DNA from: Tetramitus jugosus
Taxonomy: Eukaryota; Protista; Heterolobosea
Length of the DNA stretch: 64,000 nucleotides
NCBI GenBank assembly: GCA_937625935.1
Contig: OW569379.1
Location: forward strand, 389,602 to 453,601
Direction of reading: 5' to 3'
In this document: one piece after another, positions 1 to 11,996 of the stretch
Numbering within the stretch: position 1 is the first letter of the stretch
Layout of the letters: every line of letters begins with the position of its first letter
The notes under the pieces: generated by a model
Told to the model about the DNA's origin: nothing
The model's database searches: none
The model's input: only the letters and a program-made list of their open reading frames with translations
Position numbers and translations under genes: made by a program

Positions 1-89
1 CAATTGGAGAAAGAAGATGAAGAAGCATGACTCATTTATGCAAAGTTTTGTTCTCAAGTAAAATTAATATAACGTCGTGAAGTGAAGAT

Positions 90-776
90 TTATTGTGGCT
101 TCTTTCTTCTACGATCATTGGACGTCAACCTCACTCCATCTTCAAAAATCATGTGCTTGACAATCTTAGTAATGTTTCTGCAATCATCAATTCCGCTGTG
201 ATGTCTTCCGTCTAGTGTCAAACCTAGTTCTCTCAACATGTTGTCCATGCCTCTAGCCTTTCTTCCCTTATACTTTTGCTCAAAAGAAAATTTAATGTTG
301 ATCCAGTCATCGAATATACCAAACTTGAACAAAGTGCTCTCAACGTTCTGAGAGTCCATCTGCTTGGGCAAACATGTTTTCAAGTCCCACGAACCACATG
401 TCACAAAAGCAAACTTCTTACTTCGCTTAATACCAGTCACTGCTCCACTCTGAGGATGCTTCTCTAATTTGATCAAACCTCTGGATACCATCCATTGTTG
501 ATACAGTGTGAGACATTCTCCTAGATTAGGAACACCTTGATCGACCCATTCTTGTTGAATTCCAGTCAATTTAATACAGAAATCAGTCAGAGTCTTGTTC
601 AATGTTGGTTGAACATAGTGGTGAAACTCATCCTCGACTTCTTTTGTGTGGCAATTGAGCAGCACAGTGGGAAATTCGATAATTTCGTTGGGCCATGATC
701 GATCATCCCTTTGGCAAGTTGCTTCAAAGTCTAATATCAATAGATAATCGTAAGGATATGTGTAGTTCGAGCTCAT
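90..776 (-). CDS. ERI1/ERI3-family DEDDh 3'-5' exoribonuclease
   Basis: 228-aa ORF with ILDFEATC, EIIEFP, TCGSWDL and GRHHSGIDDCRNI, the ERI-1 family exonuclease motifs. Confidence 0.92.
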   Translation of the reverse strand: MSSNYTYPYDYLLILDFEATCQRDDRSWPNEIIEFPTVLLNCHTKEVEDEFHHYVQPTLNKTLTDFCIKLTGIQQEWVDQGVPNLGECLTLYQQWMVSRGLIKLEKHPQSGAVTGIKRSKKFAFVTCGSWDLKTCLPKQMDSQNVESTLFKFGIFDDWINIKFSFEQKYKGRKARGMDNMLRELGLTLDGRHHSGIDDCRNITKIVKHMIFEDGVRLTSNDRRRKKPQ

Positions 777-1143
777 ATTTTTGTTCTCTTGTTTCTTTGT
801 TTTCTTCTTTGGTGGTGTGTTTCGAACAAGACAGTGTTGTCATGCAACCACTTTTGAACTTCACTCTCATCATCTCAATCCCAGATTTGACTTAGTCAAG
901 TTCTGCCAAGAAGTTTGGCGGGGTAATCCACGAGAATCTGTCTATTTTTGCACAAGATATTCACCGAAGAAAAAGCTAGAAGGAAAGAAATCAAATTACA
1001 AACAACGAATCACAACAACTTTTTTTGTTGCTGACAGACAAATCCAGACAAAAACAAACAATCTCTCAGAGCGAAATAACTTTTGCTTCCTATATATTAC
1101 CCACACACCAACAATCTCCGTTAAACTTTGTTTCTGAAAGACA

Positions 1144-2985
1144 ATGGGTATTCTTCAACGAGATCGTACAAAGTGAGTGTCTCTCTGTTTTTCATATACA
1201 TCTCTCTATGAAAAATGTGTATATGATATTGACTCCTCTGTTTTTTCATCATATAGGCGATATGAGCTTTTATTGGAATCTGTTCACAAGGTTGTTCTAT
1301 TTATTGTGTTAGGAATTGTGGCTGCTTTGTTAGCAGCTGCTATTGTAGTGGCTGTTATTGCTGCACCTCAGGGAGAGCTTGAGCTTTTGAAGACGCACGA
1401 TATTTTTGACGTTGGATACTTTGTAAGTGTTTTTTGGCGCCATTTTTTTTACAATAAGCTTTTTGAAAGCTAACATTTTTTTGAATTGTGACTCGTCATC
1501 TAGAATGGAAGCTTATTCTTTGATCATGTCGTGACTGGAGTTCGCGTACAAAACATTGAGTTCCAATATCAAATCAAGCTCGAAGCAAACAACTCTTACA
1601 CTGGTATCGCAAAGGACGATGTCGTTGTTTTGGCTGAGCTCTATGGCAGAAACTCTGACACTGCTGAATGGAAACTAGTAAACAGCAAGACAAAGCACAA
1701 GCAGTATAGAAGATCTGTTTCTTGTTCACAAAATGATGTGTTCAATGTCATTTTCAACCCTGGTGATACGATTCACAATCCATTCAAGACAAAGGTGTAT
1801 ATTTGTAAGCCTATTGTTGTTTTCCAACAACGAAGCTTGGAGTACAGTCAATACAAGTCCAGTATTTCATTTGCCAATTTGGGTCAAATGTATGAGATGG
1901 GTCTCTTTACTGGCAGAGCAAACACTACTGTATGTTTATGTTGATTCGGTGTTCTGTTGATTGTTTGTTATTGTTTTGTTGCTCACCATTTATGATTTTG
2001 AATATTGTTTGTTGTTGTTGTTGTGATATTATTGTGTTTGATGATTGAATTCTAGTATTTGGCAACGGCTCAAAGCTTTTCTGCTTTTGAGATGGCATTC
2101 AGATATTCATATGCCTTGTTGACCGTCTTCCACTTTATATTCTTTGTGGTGTTAACTGCAATCGCGCAGAGATGGAAAAAGTGGCACACGACTCAGAAAT
2201 GGTTGTCGTTTATGCTGTTTTTGAGCATTTGGTATCATGATCCATTGTTTGCGGGTCAAGTGTACACCTCGACATGGATCTTCCCATTCATTGAGTCTGT
2301 TTTGGCTCTGGCATTCATTTTTGGATTCCTATTGTATTTGCTCATCTTTTTCCACTCCCTGTTCAAGGCGCCTCAAGATCGAACCTTCTTTGGATTTTAT
2401 TTGTCAAAGATTTTGCTAGTGGGAGTCACTTACATCTTGGCGAATATTTTGATTATTTGGTCGAGATTGTACAATTCTGCTGATCCTGCACGATACAGCA
2501 TTAGCGAAGTTCCTGGCTACTTCTATTTGCAATGGATTGTGATTGGTTTGTTGGTGTTGTACGGTATTGATTTGGCCTATTATTTCTTCAAGGCAATTGG
2601 TGTCATTACGAAGATGAGAACCAAGTATACCAACAGATTTTGGGCAATTGCTTCATTCTCTATTTTGGTTGTTTTGTCATTCCTGGGTATCTTGATCACT
2701 GAGAGTGGATTCAGATATTCCTCACAAGCTTTGGGCTTCCTGGTGTCACATACCATTATTTATTTATATTTTGCAGTTTTGTCCATTTTGTTCCTGCCTG
2801 GATTCAATGAAGATGCTCGTCCAGTCACTGGCACCACACCTCCAGCAGAGGAACCTCAATCAGTTTCAACAGAAAGCCCACCTGTAGAGATTTACAGAGA
2901 GCGCGTAGTCGAGAAGGAAATCCCAGAAGTTAGACAACAAACTGGTTCTGATACCATCAGAATTACTTATTCTGGAGATGATTAA
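1144..2985 (+). CDS. TMEM181: TMEM181-like multi-pass membrane protein (4 exons)
   Basis: Exons 1144-1172, 1257-1422, 1504-1929 and 2056-2985 join in frame through GTGAGT/GTAAGT/GTATGT...AG introns. FEMAFRY and QKWLSFMLFLSIWYHDPLF resemble TMEM181 (EIWFRF; QKWMSxLLPLLLLYNDPFF). Confidence 0.8.
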
Positions 2986-3060
2986 TTTCATCAATAAAAA
3001 GGATTGTTTTCGAAGTAAATTTGTTGGTATGTTTCTTCTTGTTTTGAAAACACCCAATTG

Positions 3061-4251
3061 TCAGACCGCTGGTTCTTGTGGCATTGTTCGAGCTTCTTTC
3101 TCGCAAACTGTTCTCGCATCAGATTCAAACCATTGCATAATCGCCAGAGATTTAATCGATCGAAGGGTCGTAGCATGGTGGTAGAGGTACCACATTGATA
3201 TTGCGATAAGTGTACCATAGAGTACATCGTTTGTATAGTGGAACTTGGTGGCAATCAGAGTTAGACAACCGAGAACAGTCGATGGCCATATCAGAAGTAT
3301 CTTGACATATCGATTGTGAGTGTAGTAAGTCCAGAACATTGCGACCAGAGTCATTGAAACAGCATGACCACTGAAGAACACATCAGCACATGTGTGATTC
3401 CTTCCAACAATGATCAAGAAGGCAGCAATGTATCGGTTCGGATGCAGATTGGGTCTACAGTTAGGAAATGGATTTGGTAGCACTGTCAAAGCAATCGAGC
3501 ATCCTCTAAGGAAGAATATGACTCCATGTATGAAACAAAACCGCCGAAGCACAACAAGACCTGGTCTACCTAGAGCCAGGCATCTAAGTACACCGGGCAG
3601 AACAATACTCAACAGAGCAATATCGCTCAATCGATGTGATTCAATCGATGGAAGAATCTTGAATCCGAGATCTATCAAAGGTCTCTGTGTTTGCAATTCG
3701 TCCTGAGCCATCTCTTGGACTAATATTTGACATACAGTATTGAAATAGGCACAAATAATGTACCATATGGCTGCAATAATTATTTGCTTTTTAGGCAGGA
3801 ACTTCCTACTTTCCCTCCAGACATATTGTACAGATCTCTTGGAACAAGAGGCAGGAGACTCTACTCTTCTGTCTTGGAGTTCAAATTTTTCATTCATTAG
3901 TGCTTTAGTAGTCGTAGTCGAACCGTTACTGGGTACATTTTTACATATCAGGGGAATAGTCGCATATCCTTTCACAATCGGTTTTAGCATGGGTTCTGTC
4001 TCTAGTTCTACCTTGTAATTGATCATAGTATGGTAATCTTCATCTTCTTCCTCTTCTACTTGCTCGTCCACTGTCACAGCAACCTGTTCTTCCAACTGGG
4101 AAACATGGAGAGTTTTCCTATATGGATTGTTGTCGATATGATCCATGATATCTACTCTCTGATAGTTCGATTTGAAGAAAAGTAGAGCTCTTTTTTCTCT
4201 CTTTTTCTTTCGTGTACGGCATGTTCGTGTTTGCGATTCGACAGATGACAT
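3061..4251 (-). CDS. Sphingomyelin/inositol-phosphoceramide synthase family (PAP2_C)
   Basis: PLIDLGF, LTVLPNP, CADVFFSGH and HYTNDV catalytic motifs plus several TM helices; true start may be ATG at 4146. Confidence 0.88.
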   Translation of the reverse strand: MSSVESQTRTCRTRKKKREKRALLFFKSNYQRVDIMDHIDNNPYRKTLHVSQLEEQVAVTVDEQVEEEEDEDYHTMINYKVELETEPMLKPIVKGYATIPLICKNVPSNGSTTTTKALMNEKFELQDRRVESPASCSKRSVQYVWRESRKFLPKKQIIIAAIWYIICAYFNTVCQILVQEMAQDELQTQRPLIDLGFKILPSIESHRLSDIALLSIVLPGVLRCLALGRPGLVVLRRFCFIHGVIFFLRGCSIALTVLPNPFPNCRPNLHPNRYIAAFLIIVGRNHTCADVFFSGHAVSMTLVAMFWTYYTHNRYVKILLIWPSTVLGCLTLIATKFHYTNDVLYGTLIAISMWYLYHHATTLRSIKSLAIMQWFESDARTVCEKEARTMPQEPAV

Positions 4252-4282
4252 TATCTATCACGAAGCAAAACGTTTATTATTG

Positions 4283-5476
4283 TTAAAATAGAGCGGCCTG
4301 CTTTCTGGATGTCTCTCGCAATTTCAGTGTGAGTTGCACCCTTTCTCCATCATAGACTCCTGGTTGAGCCAACTGCGATGCTAGAACTATATCTCTCAAT
4401 GCCAAAATATTGTCTCCCTTCTTCTGATACAGTTCTGATCGATTCTTGAATGCGAGATCATACTTTGGCGCCAGAGCAATCGACTTTGAAAAGTCTTCAA
4501 AGGCCAAACTGAATAAATTGTCCTGTCTGTACATAATTCCTCTATACGTATACAAAACAGGATCATCAGGAGTCAACTCTAAAGCTTTTGTAAAGTCACT
4601 AATCGCTTTTGTCCGATTCCTCTTCTGATAGTAAAGAACACCTCTATTTTTGAGAACAGTCGCAAAATGAGGTTTCCACTTCAAAGCCTCGGAGTAATCT
4701 TCAATCGCAGCTTCATAGGCGAGCAAGGTCAACTGAAGGTTCGCTCTATTGTTGTACACGAGTGCCATAGGAGCATTGCCAAGCTCAATTGCAATCTTGT
4801 AGTCATTCAATGCTTCTAAATTCTTTCCCAAGCACTTTTTCACATTACCACGATAAAAAAACAAGGTTCCATTACTTGGTTCCAACTCAATAGAGTTATT
4901 CAAGTCATCGATCGCTAACGTATAGTAACCTCTCTTCTTTTTCAGCAAAGCTCTTGCTGTGATCGCCTCCACATTGATACAATTGAGAACAATGGCCTTG
5001 GAGAACTCTCTTTGAGCAAGATCAGGCATTTGAAGCAATTCCAAGCACTTTCCCTTGAGAAAATAGGCCTGAGAAAGCTTCACCTTGTCTTCTTCGTTGA
5101 CTACACGAGAAGAATAATGAACATCTTGCTCAGAGCTTTCCATCTGATCACGAGGAAGAGTCACTTGCTTTGTTAACGTTGCCAGAGTCGGTGTTTTATT
5201 CTTTTTACTGCTTTTTTCTTCCTTTGGTTGTTCATTTTCATCAGTTGTGGGTGTGGACGACGAAGATGAAGGTGTTGAGTGGTCACTACCACCACCACTA
5301 AAGTTGTGCATTGGAAAGGGTTGATGATGCTCACCGAACCCTTCCAAAGCATCGATTGCATGGGAGAAATATCGGTTGGCGCTCTTGTAATTTTTTTGTT
5401 TCATTTGTCGATCGCCCTTGAGCATGTACATCTCAAAGGACATTTGCGTTTGGGTGTTCTTGTTCATTTCATACAT
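4283..5476 (-). CDS. TPR-repeat protein
   Basis: Repeated 34-aa units such as YNNRANLQLTLLAYEAAIEDYSEALKWKP and NRGVLYYQKRNRTKAISDFTKALELTP. Confidence 0.88.
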   Translation of the reverse strand: MYEMNKNTQTQMSFEMYMLKGDRQMKQKNYKSANRYFSHAIDALEGFGEHHQPFPMHNFSGGGSDHSTPSSSSSTPTTDENEQPKEEKSSKKNKTPTLATLTKQVTLPRDQMESSEQDVHYSSRVVNEEDKVKLSQAYFLKGKCLELLQMPDLAQREFSKAIVLNCINVEAITARALLKKKRGYYTLAIDDLNNSIELEPSNGTLFFYRGNVKKCLGKNLEALNDYKIAIELGNAPMALVYNNRANLQLTLLAYEAAIEDYSEALKWKPHFATVLKNRGVLYYQKRNRTKAISDFTKALELTPDDPVLYTYRGIMYRQDNLFSLAFEDFSKSIALAPKYDLAFKNRSELYQKKGDNILALRDIVLASQLAQPGVYDGERVQLTLKLRETSRKQAALF

Positions 5477-5629
5477 TGTCGTCTCAGTTTTTTGTTGTTG
5501 TTGTTGATTGTTGTTTCTGGTTTGGACAAAGTTCCAAATGTGAAGATGATGGTGTTCATTGGGAACATGCGAAAAAGAACTAGATGGGCGGAAAAATGTT
5601 TTGGAACGAATACCGATTCAGAGCGACGA

Positions 5630-6119
5630 CTACAGTGGTTCCCGCTTGATGATTTCGGTGCGGAGACATTGGGCGAATGGCTCTAAATCATTCAAGAGAG
5701 GTATTGAAGCTTGTTGTGGTGGAAGATTGGATTGGATCTTGTTCATCTTGTGGAGGTATTTCTTGTATGGCTTGAGGCACTCATGATGGGCAAATCTCTC
5801 AACACTTCAAAGCACAAAAAGCACTTGGTGTGAATTTATGCATAGGAAACACAATACAGAGAAAAACAAACACATACTCAAGTTTTAATTCTGTCATCAA
5901 GCAATCCTGTAGAATATCATGATGATATTTACAATTGGATTTTCTTGATCCTTTTGATGTGTTTTGTAAACAAGCAAAATAAATATCAACAAGCATTGGA
6001 CACTTATCAACAGACTTGTGAATGATAAATGTGTACTTTAGCTTTGGGATCAGTTGAGAATACAATTGATCATCCAAAGACAACTTTCTGTGGTTGTCCC
6101 ACGTTTCCGATGATGCCAT
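5630..6119 (-). CDS. Small twin-CX9C (CHCH-type) protein, 2 exons
   Basis: Exon 6119-5878, 73-nt intron 5877-5805 (GTATGT...AG), exon 5804-5630. Contains CPMLVDIYFAC and CKYHHDILQDC, both CX9C. Confidence 0.65.
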
Positions 6120-6277
6120 TGTCGAACTGTTGTGCTTGACTCTGGCGCCAAAAATGTTCGTTTTTTTGCTCGAACTTTCCAGATCAATTTTATTCTAGTA
6201 AAAAACGGAAAAGCTTAACGTGTGCCAAAAACAAAAAGCTTTTCAGCGTCAAAAAAGACACAAAGATACAAAGAAAA

Positions 6278-9200
6278 ATGAAGAGTAATTTGCAAGAACA
6301 ATTGGCCTGGTTGGGTGGTGGTCATCAATCATCGACCACATCACCAACGACAACTTCAACCAATTTCAACAGTGCTTATCATGATGTCACTCCAAATACA
6401 AAAACAAGTCACAATAATAATAACAATTTTACATCCAATTCGACGAGTCAAATGTCTGCACTTGATCGACTCAAAATGTTCTCTCATTACTCTGCACCAC
6501 AATCCACTGAACAATTTTATCAATTTTCATCATCATCAAATCATCAAAACAATAACAATAACAATAGTAATAATAACAATCATTCTTCTTCTGCTTCTTC
6601 TGTCAAAAAACGATTCACTCCCATTGCAGTCACTAGAAGCTCAAGCACATCACCCAACAACAATGGTAGCAGTAGCAGTAACAGCACACCACCATCTTCC
6701 TCTTCTTCTTCATCATCATCATCATCACTGACGATTCGAAAACGTCCATTTCAAGCAACACCCATTCCCTCTTCATCATCATTCACACAAAAGAAACAAC
6801 AACAACAACAACCCAATGAGAGTGATGATGATGATGATTATCAACAATCATATGATGATAATCGTAACAACAAGAGACCACGAATGATGATGACTAACGA
6901 AAACACAACTACAACATCATCATCAAGAACAACATTTAGTGACCATGATGATGATGATTTACCAGATGATATGGAAGCCGAGTTTGATGCCATTTATGAA
7001 GAAGCAGAAAAATATGCACAATCATCCGTATCACGCAACAACACAAAGACAACTGCACGTGCAAGTAAAACGATTGGTGTTACTACTCCCAATCCTGATC
7101 ATGTCATATTAGACAATGATGATGATGACGATGATTGTGGGTATAATGAAAATGGAGGTGATCCTGCGGTAAAATCGTGGTATATAGATCAGCAGGAGGA
7201 GGTACCAATCTATAACAATAAGAACAATAGTCGAAGTGGTGGTAACAGTAGTAATAGCACAAGTAGTACTACTCGCGATTTCAATTCGAGAGGTAAAACC
7301 AGTGCGACGACATTTACTGGTTTTAATAACAGTAGTAATGTAGTGCCAAATACGACCATGACTCAAGTATCAAAGAGTGCCATCCAGTTGTGTGAAGAAT
7401 TGATTGATTGTATACAGAGTGGGAATGGTTCAATCAATCAGCGCATGCTTGAATCGTTTATCGACCGAAAGAATATGTTGAAAGATGATTTGTCTGTGAT
7501 TCAAACTCAGTACAATACTAATACTAATACCAATAATAATAATAATCTGAGTGACAACAACAACAATTATATTAACAATGACAATTATGGTAGTGGTGGT
7601 TACAGTAACGGTAGTGGTGATGCACAGCACTTCAATCCTACTCCAAGTTACAATCAAGACACCTATCAAGGTTCATTCGCTGGTGGTAATAGTAGTGATG
7701 GATTTGGAATGAACCAACAAAGCAATGACTATGGTTCATCTGAGTCTCGCGGTTTCGATATGATGATGACTGATAGCTCACGAAACTTTGACAATTATCA
7801 CAATAGCCTACCAAAGGTGAATACGGATCTGAGCGAGGAGGACTCTGCGAGAACCGAATGGTCCAGCAAAGAATTTTCATGGTATCCAGACTTGGAGCAC
7901 TATTTGAAGGATTTGTTCGGTTTAAAGTCCTTTAGACAGAATCAATTAGAAGCGATGAATGCTACAATGGCCAAGAGAGATGTATTCATGATTATGCCAA
8001 CTGGTGGTGGTAAATCACTGTGTTATCAACTGCCTGCAGTTTGTTCTCCTGGTGTAACGATTGTGGTCTCTCCTCTGTTGTCTCTCATTCAAGATCAAGT
8101 GAATTCTTTGATTTCTAATGATATTCCTGCGGCATTTATCAGTGGAGAACAGTCAGGTGAGGTTATCAAGGACATCTACAGAGATTTGGGTGGTAGAGAT
8201 CCGATGATTAAGCTATTGTATGTCACACCAGAAAAGATTGCAAAGAGTAAGACATTTATGGAGATTTTGGGTCGCATGTACAGTCGAGGACTATTAGCAA
8301 GAGTGGTCATTGATGAAGCGCATTGTGTGAGCACTTGGGGACACGATTTTAGAGTAGATTACAGAAATTTGATTGTTTTGAAGCAAAGTTTCCCAAATGT
8401 ACCAATGATAGCTCTTACTGCTACAGCTACCGCGCGAGTACAAACTGATATTATCAAACAACTAGGAATGAATCAGTGTTGCTTGTTTGATGCCTCATTC
8501 AATAGAACAAACTTGTTCTATGAAGTTCGCAAAAAGAAGAAGGAATACATTCAAGAGATTAGCAGTTTTATCAAGGACAAGTATCCAGAGGACTCAGGTA
8601 TTATCTATTGTTTCAGTAGAAGAGATTGTGAGACGGTGAGAGACCAGTTGATTGAATTAGGTCATGATTCTGTGGCAGTATATCACGCCGGCCTTCCTGT
8701 TGTCGAGAAACAAAGAAATCACGATCAGTGGAGTAAGGATGAGGTTAAAATTATGGTGGCAACGATTGCTTTTGGTATGGGTATCAATAAGCCGGATGTA
8801 CGTTATGTGATTCATCACAGTTTGCCAAAGAGTATCGAAGATTACTATCAGGAGAGTGGAAGAGCTGGTCGTGACGGAAAGACGAGTCACTGTCTACTTT
8901 ATTACACTTATGGAGACAAAGCTAAGCAACAAAGTTTGATGTTGAAAGATGCAGCCAAGACAACGAATCGTGATAATAATTTTGAGAGTTTAAATCGTAT
9001 TGTATCTTATTGTGAGAATGATACTGATTGCAGACGTGTGGTTCAACTTGCTCATTTCGGCGAACAATTTGATCGTAAGGTGTGCAACCAAATGTGTGAC
9101 AATTGTAAGGAGAATTGTGATATCGTACAGAAGGATTACACCGCGAAGGGAGTAGAATTCCTACAGATTGTGAAGGAGGTAGGAGACAACTTGCAATCAC

Positions 9201-10342
9201 TCAGCCACTGTATCATGATTTGGCGTGGTTCAAAAGCTCAGAAGCTTGTCAAACTCCAGCACGATAAGATCTCAGGTCATGGAGGTGCTAAGCAGATTAA
9301 GGGTAATTTGGTTGATCGTATTGCAGCACAACTCATACTTGAAGGATACCTCAATGAACAAGTTGTGGCATCAGACTACGGAAACAGCTTTACTCGATTG
9401 AACCTTAACAAACAAAAGATGAGTTTGTTAGAGAGTGGTAGAAACAAGTTGATGTTGAATATTAAGGGTGAAAGACAGAGAGCTACTCTTGATGTATTCA
9501 AGTCAAGCAAAACGAAGACCACCAACAAGAAGGGTCAGAAGGATGTCCAAAAGATGGTCGATTTGTGTTTGAAATTGCTGCAAGAGGTTAGACATCAAAT
9601 TTCAAAGGAGAACGGAGTGCATCCATATCACATCTTGACATCAGATGCCTTGGAAGCGTTGGCTGAGGCTCAACCTATCAACGTTGAACAATTATTGCAG
9701 GTTGAACGACTTGGTAAGAACAAGGCAAAACTGTATGGTGTGCAGATACTGACTACGATTCGTCAGTTTAGACACGAACATGTTGGTGACGTGGACCCAT
9801 TAACTGAAGAAGAAAAGAAGCAAATTAAGGAAGAGCTAGGAGGTTCAAATCTTGTTCAGTTGTCCATCAAGCATGGTCATACACCACCAAACAATAAGAA
9901 GAATTATGCCACCTTTATCACAGATAACGAGAATTCGAACACTGCATCATCATTATCATCCTCATCTTCGAAATACTTTGCAGCTCGTTCAAACAACACC
10001 AATCATGGAACGAATGCTGTTGATTTGACAGACGATGACTTTTGGAATAATGACGATATTGACAAACAACTTGACGAGCTGGCTTCCATGAATGTGGAGA
10101 AACCTGCACCTTCTGTGACTGGCAAGCGCACTGTAACACTGCGAGCACCTTCGCAACAAACTAATATTCGAAACAACAGCAGTAGTTCCAGTGTTGGCTC
10201 TCAGCACACTGGAGGAGACTTTACGAGCGCCAGACAAGCAATGAACAATCCTCAGTTCAACAGCACTCCTCCAGCTTCGTCACAGGCACCGAATAGCGGA
10301 CCCACACATCGAGGATTCCGATTCAATCCTGTCAAGAAATAA
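6278..10342 (+). CDS. BLM: RecQ helicase, BLM/Sgs1-like
   Basis: N-terminal NLQEQL motif, long low-complexity region, MPTGGGKSLCYQLP, DEAHCVS, QESGRAGRDG, RQC zinc site CRR...CDNC, and C-terminal HRDC-like domain. Confidence 0.92.
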   Translation: MKSNLQEQLAWLGGGHQSSTTSPTTTSTNFNSAYHDVTPNTKTSHNNNNNFTSNSTSQMSALDRLKMFSHYSAPQSTEQFYQFSSSSNHQNNNNNNSNNNNHSSSASSVKKRFTPIAVTRSSSTSPNNNGSSSSNSTPPSSSSSSSSSSSLTIRKRPFQATPIPSSSSFTQKKQQQQQPNESDDDDDYQQSYDDNRNNKRPRMMMTNENTTTTSSSRTTFSDHDDDDLPDDMEAEFDAIYEEAEKYAQSSVSRNNTKTTARASKTIGVTTPNPDHVILDNDDDDDDCGYNENGGDPAVKSWYIDQQEEVPIYNNKNNSRSGGNSSNSTSSTTRDFNSRGKTSATTFTGFNNSSNVVPNTTMTQVSKSAIQLCEELIDCIQSGNGSINQRMLESFIDRKNMLKDDLSVIQTQYNTNTNTNNNNNLSDNNNNYINNDNYGSGGYSNGSGDAQHFNPTPSYNQDTYQGSFAGGNSSDGFGMNQQSNDYGSSESRGFDMMMTDSSRNFDNYHNSLPKVNTDLSEEDSARTEWSSKEFSWYPDLEHYLKDLFGLKSFRQNQLEAMNATMAKRDVFMIMPTGGGKSLCYQLPAVCSPGVTIVVSPLLSLIQDQVNSLISNDIPAAFISGEQSGEVIKDIYRDLGGRDPMIKLLYVTPEKIAKSKTFMEILGRMYSRGLLARVVIDEAHCVSTWGHDFRVDYRNLIVLKQSFPNVPMIALTATATARVQTDIIKQLGMNQCCLFDASFNRTNLFYEVRKKKKEYIQEISSFIKDKYPEDSGIIYCFSRRDCETVRDQLIELGHDSVAVYHAGLPVVEKQRNHDQWSKDEVKIMVATIAFGMGINKPDVRYVIHHSLPKSIEDYYQESGRAGRDGKTSHCLLYYTYGDKAKQQSLMLKDAAKTTNRDNNFESLNRIVSYCENDTDCRRVVQLAHFGEQFDRKVCNQMCDNCKENCDIVQKDYTAKGVEFLQIVKEVGDNLQSLSHCIMIWRGSKAQKLVKLQHDKISGHGGAKQIKGNLVDRIAAQLILEGYLNEQVVASDYGNSFTRLNLNKQKMSLLESGRNKLMLNIKGERQRATLDVFKSSKTKTTNKKGQKDVQKMVDLCLKLLQEVRHQISKENGVHPYHILTSDALEALAEAQPINVEQLLQVERLGKNKAKLYGVQILTTIRQFRHEHVGDVDPLTEEEKKQIKEELGGSNLVQLSIKHGHTPPNNKKNYATFITDNENSNTASSLSSSSSKYFAARSNNTNHGTNAVDLTDDDFWNNDDIDKQLDELASMNVEKPAPSVTGKRTVTLRAPSQQTNIRNNSSSSSVGSQHTGGDFTSARQAMNNPQFNSTPPASSQAPNSGPTHRGFRFNPVKK

Positions 10343-10494
10343 AAAATAAGGTTTCTAATCATCGGAGACGAAAATAGGGCTGTTTTATATCTATGGGGAA
10401 TGCAATTTTCGGACACATGCGCGACTAAGCACGAGAATTCGCTTGGATACAACACGATCACACGACACGATAGAGATACCAAGTAGAAGAAGAA

Positions 10495-11778
10495 ATGATT
10501 AGAAAGCTTCCTGCGGCTGCCACCAACAAGTTTGTTCTTCTAAACTTTCGTACAGCTCCTCCTTGCTCCATTCCGCCGAAGAACAAACACGGAGAATTAT
10601 TCTATTGTAATCCTCCTAGTCAACCATTGTTAAGATCGGTTCCTCAAATGAGGTACATTCAATACTCTCGGACTAAAGTGAATGATCAGACATCAATTAA
10701 AAGTTCAACAGTAGCTACCCAACCAGAAGGTAAAGACGACTCCTTCGTCACATCATCTCCTCTCACAGCATCTCAACATTCCTCGCAGGAAGAATTAACA
10801 TTTCACAAACCAGATGAATCTATAATGGTCGAAAGTCCATATATTCACAATATGATCGCAGGTTCAACTGCTGGTCTCGTCTGCTGTCTCCTCTTCTATC
10901 CTCTCGAATCAACGGAAGCAAGGATGCAAGTCGCAAGGAAAGAACAAAAGAAACACGCCGAAGAACATGATACACAACTGGAGAAGAAAGCCAATCTTAC
11001 ATTCTTTGGTACCTTTCGTGATACAATTCGAACGGAAGGAGTTCGAGCACTTTACAAAGGAGTTACTCCGACGGCTCTTGGAGCCACCTGGAACAGTGCG
11101 TGGTATTTTTCACTGTACGAATCTTTTAAACGAGTAGTTCATGACCAAGGGTGGTGCGCATTGGAAGCAAGTAAGGATGCCAGCATGAATGCAACTGAAT
11201 TGGTGAATCATGTTGTTCACTATTCAACGAGTGAGATGATTGTGGCGGCCATGTTTGCTGGAATCATTTGTACGTTTCTCGTGAATCCATTCTACACATT
11301 GAAAATGAGAATGCTGACACAGACAGAGAATCATCGAAGCATGATGCAAACATTGAAACATATGGTTCAAACAGAGGGCGTGCTGTCCTTGTGGAAAGGT
11401 GTTGTTCCGAGCTTGTTTGGTACCACGGAAGGTGCGATCCAATTGGCAGTGTTTGAGAATTTGACACGAATGTTGGGTGCTCTGTTCGTTGGTAGTGCTC
11501 TATTGGGTGCTCCGAGTTCGGTTCACTTTATTTCTGGGTTTTTATCCAAAGCGGTATCTACACTTCTGACTTATCCATATCAAGTGATTCGAGCTAGACT
11601 CATGGCTGCTCATTCTCCCTATACTGGTCTCATGGATTGTATTCGGAAGACCAAGCTCGAGGGCTGGAGAGCTTTCTATCAAGGACTACTTCCAAATTTG
11701 ACAAGACAGTTGACACCTGCAGGAATATTCTTCATGGTATACAACTTAGTCAAAAAATTGTTGGGACAATTTGCATAA
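10495..11778 (+). CDS. Mitochondrial carrier (SLC25; folate/FAD/NAD carrier-like)
   Basis: Three carrier repeats (PLESTEARMQ, PFYTLKMRM, PYQVIRARL) with EGVRALYKG / EGVLSLWKG / EGWRAFYQG. Confidence 0.88.
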   Translation: MIRKLPAAATNKFVLLNFRTAPPCSIPPKNKHGELFYCNPPSQPLLRSVPQMRYIQYSRTKVNDQTSIKSSTVATQPEGKDDSFVTSSPLTASQHSSQEELTFHKPDESIMVESPYIHNMIAGSTAGLVCCLLFYPLESTEARMQVARKEQKKHAEEHDTQLEKKANLTFFGTFRDTIRTEGVRALYKGVTPTALGATWNSAWYFSLYESFKRVVHDQGWCALEASKDASMNATELVNHVVHYSTSEMIVAAMFAGIICTFLVNPFYTLKMRMLTQTENHRSMMQTLKHMVQTEGVLSLWKGVVPSLFGTTEGAIQLAVFENLTRMLGALFVGSALLGAPSSVHFISGFLSKAVSTLLTYPYQVIRARLMAAHSPYTGLMDCIRKTKLEGWRAFYQGLLPNLTRQLTPAGIFFMVYNLVKKLLGQFA

Positions 11779-11996
11779 AGGATAATTTACAACCGTTTCG
11801 AGCAAGTGTACGGAAGAAAAATTGACCACTGCTGGACCGAAAAACAATTTTTTTTCTGAGAAGAGATGATGGATTCATCACCCAAGGTCTCATCGTACTT
11901 ACTCGGAAGAAGCAACCTCTATGGAGACTTATCTGCTAAAATGTCAAAGTCATTCAGGCCGATCCTGTTCGCCAATGAATCAATGAATCCTGCAGT

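Noticed and set aside
6400-7800. AAT/TCA/GAT/CAA triplet runs
   Set aside because: Low-complexity coding sequence in the BLM N-terminus
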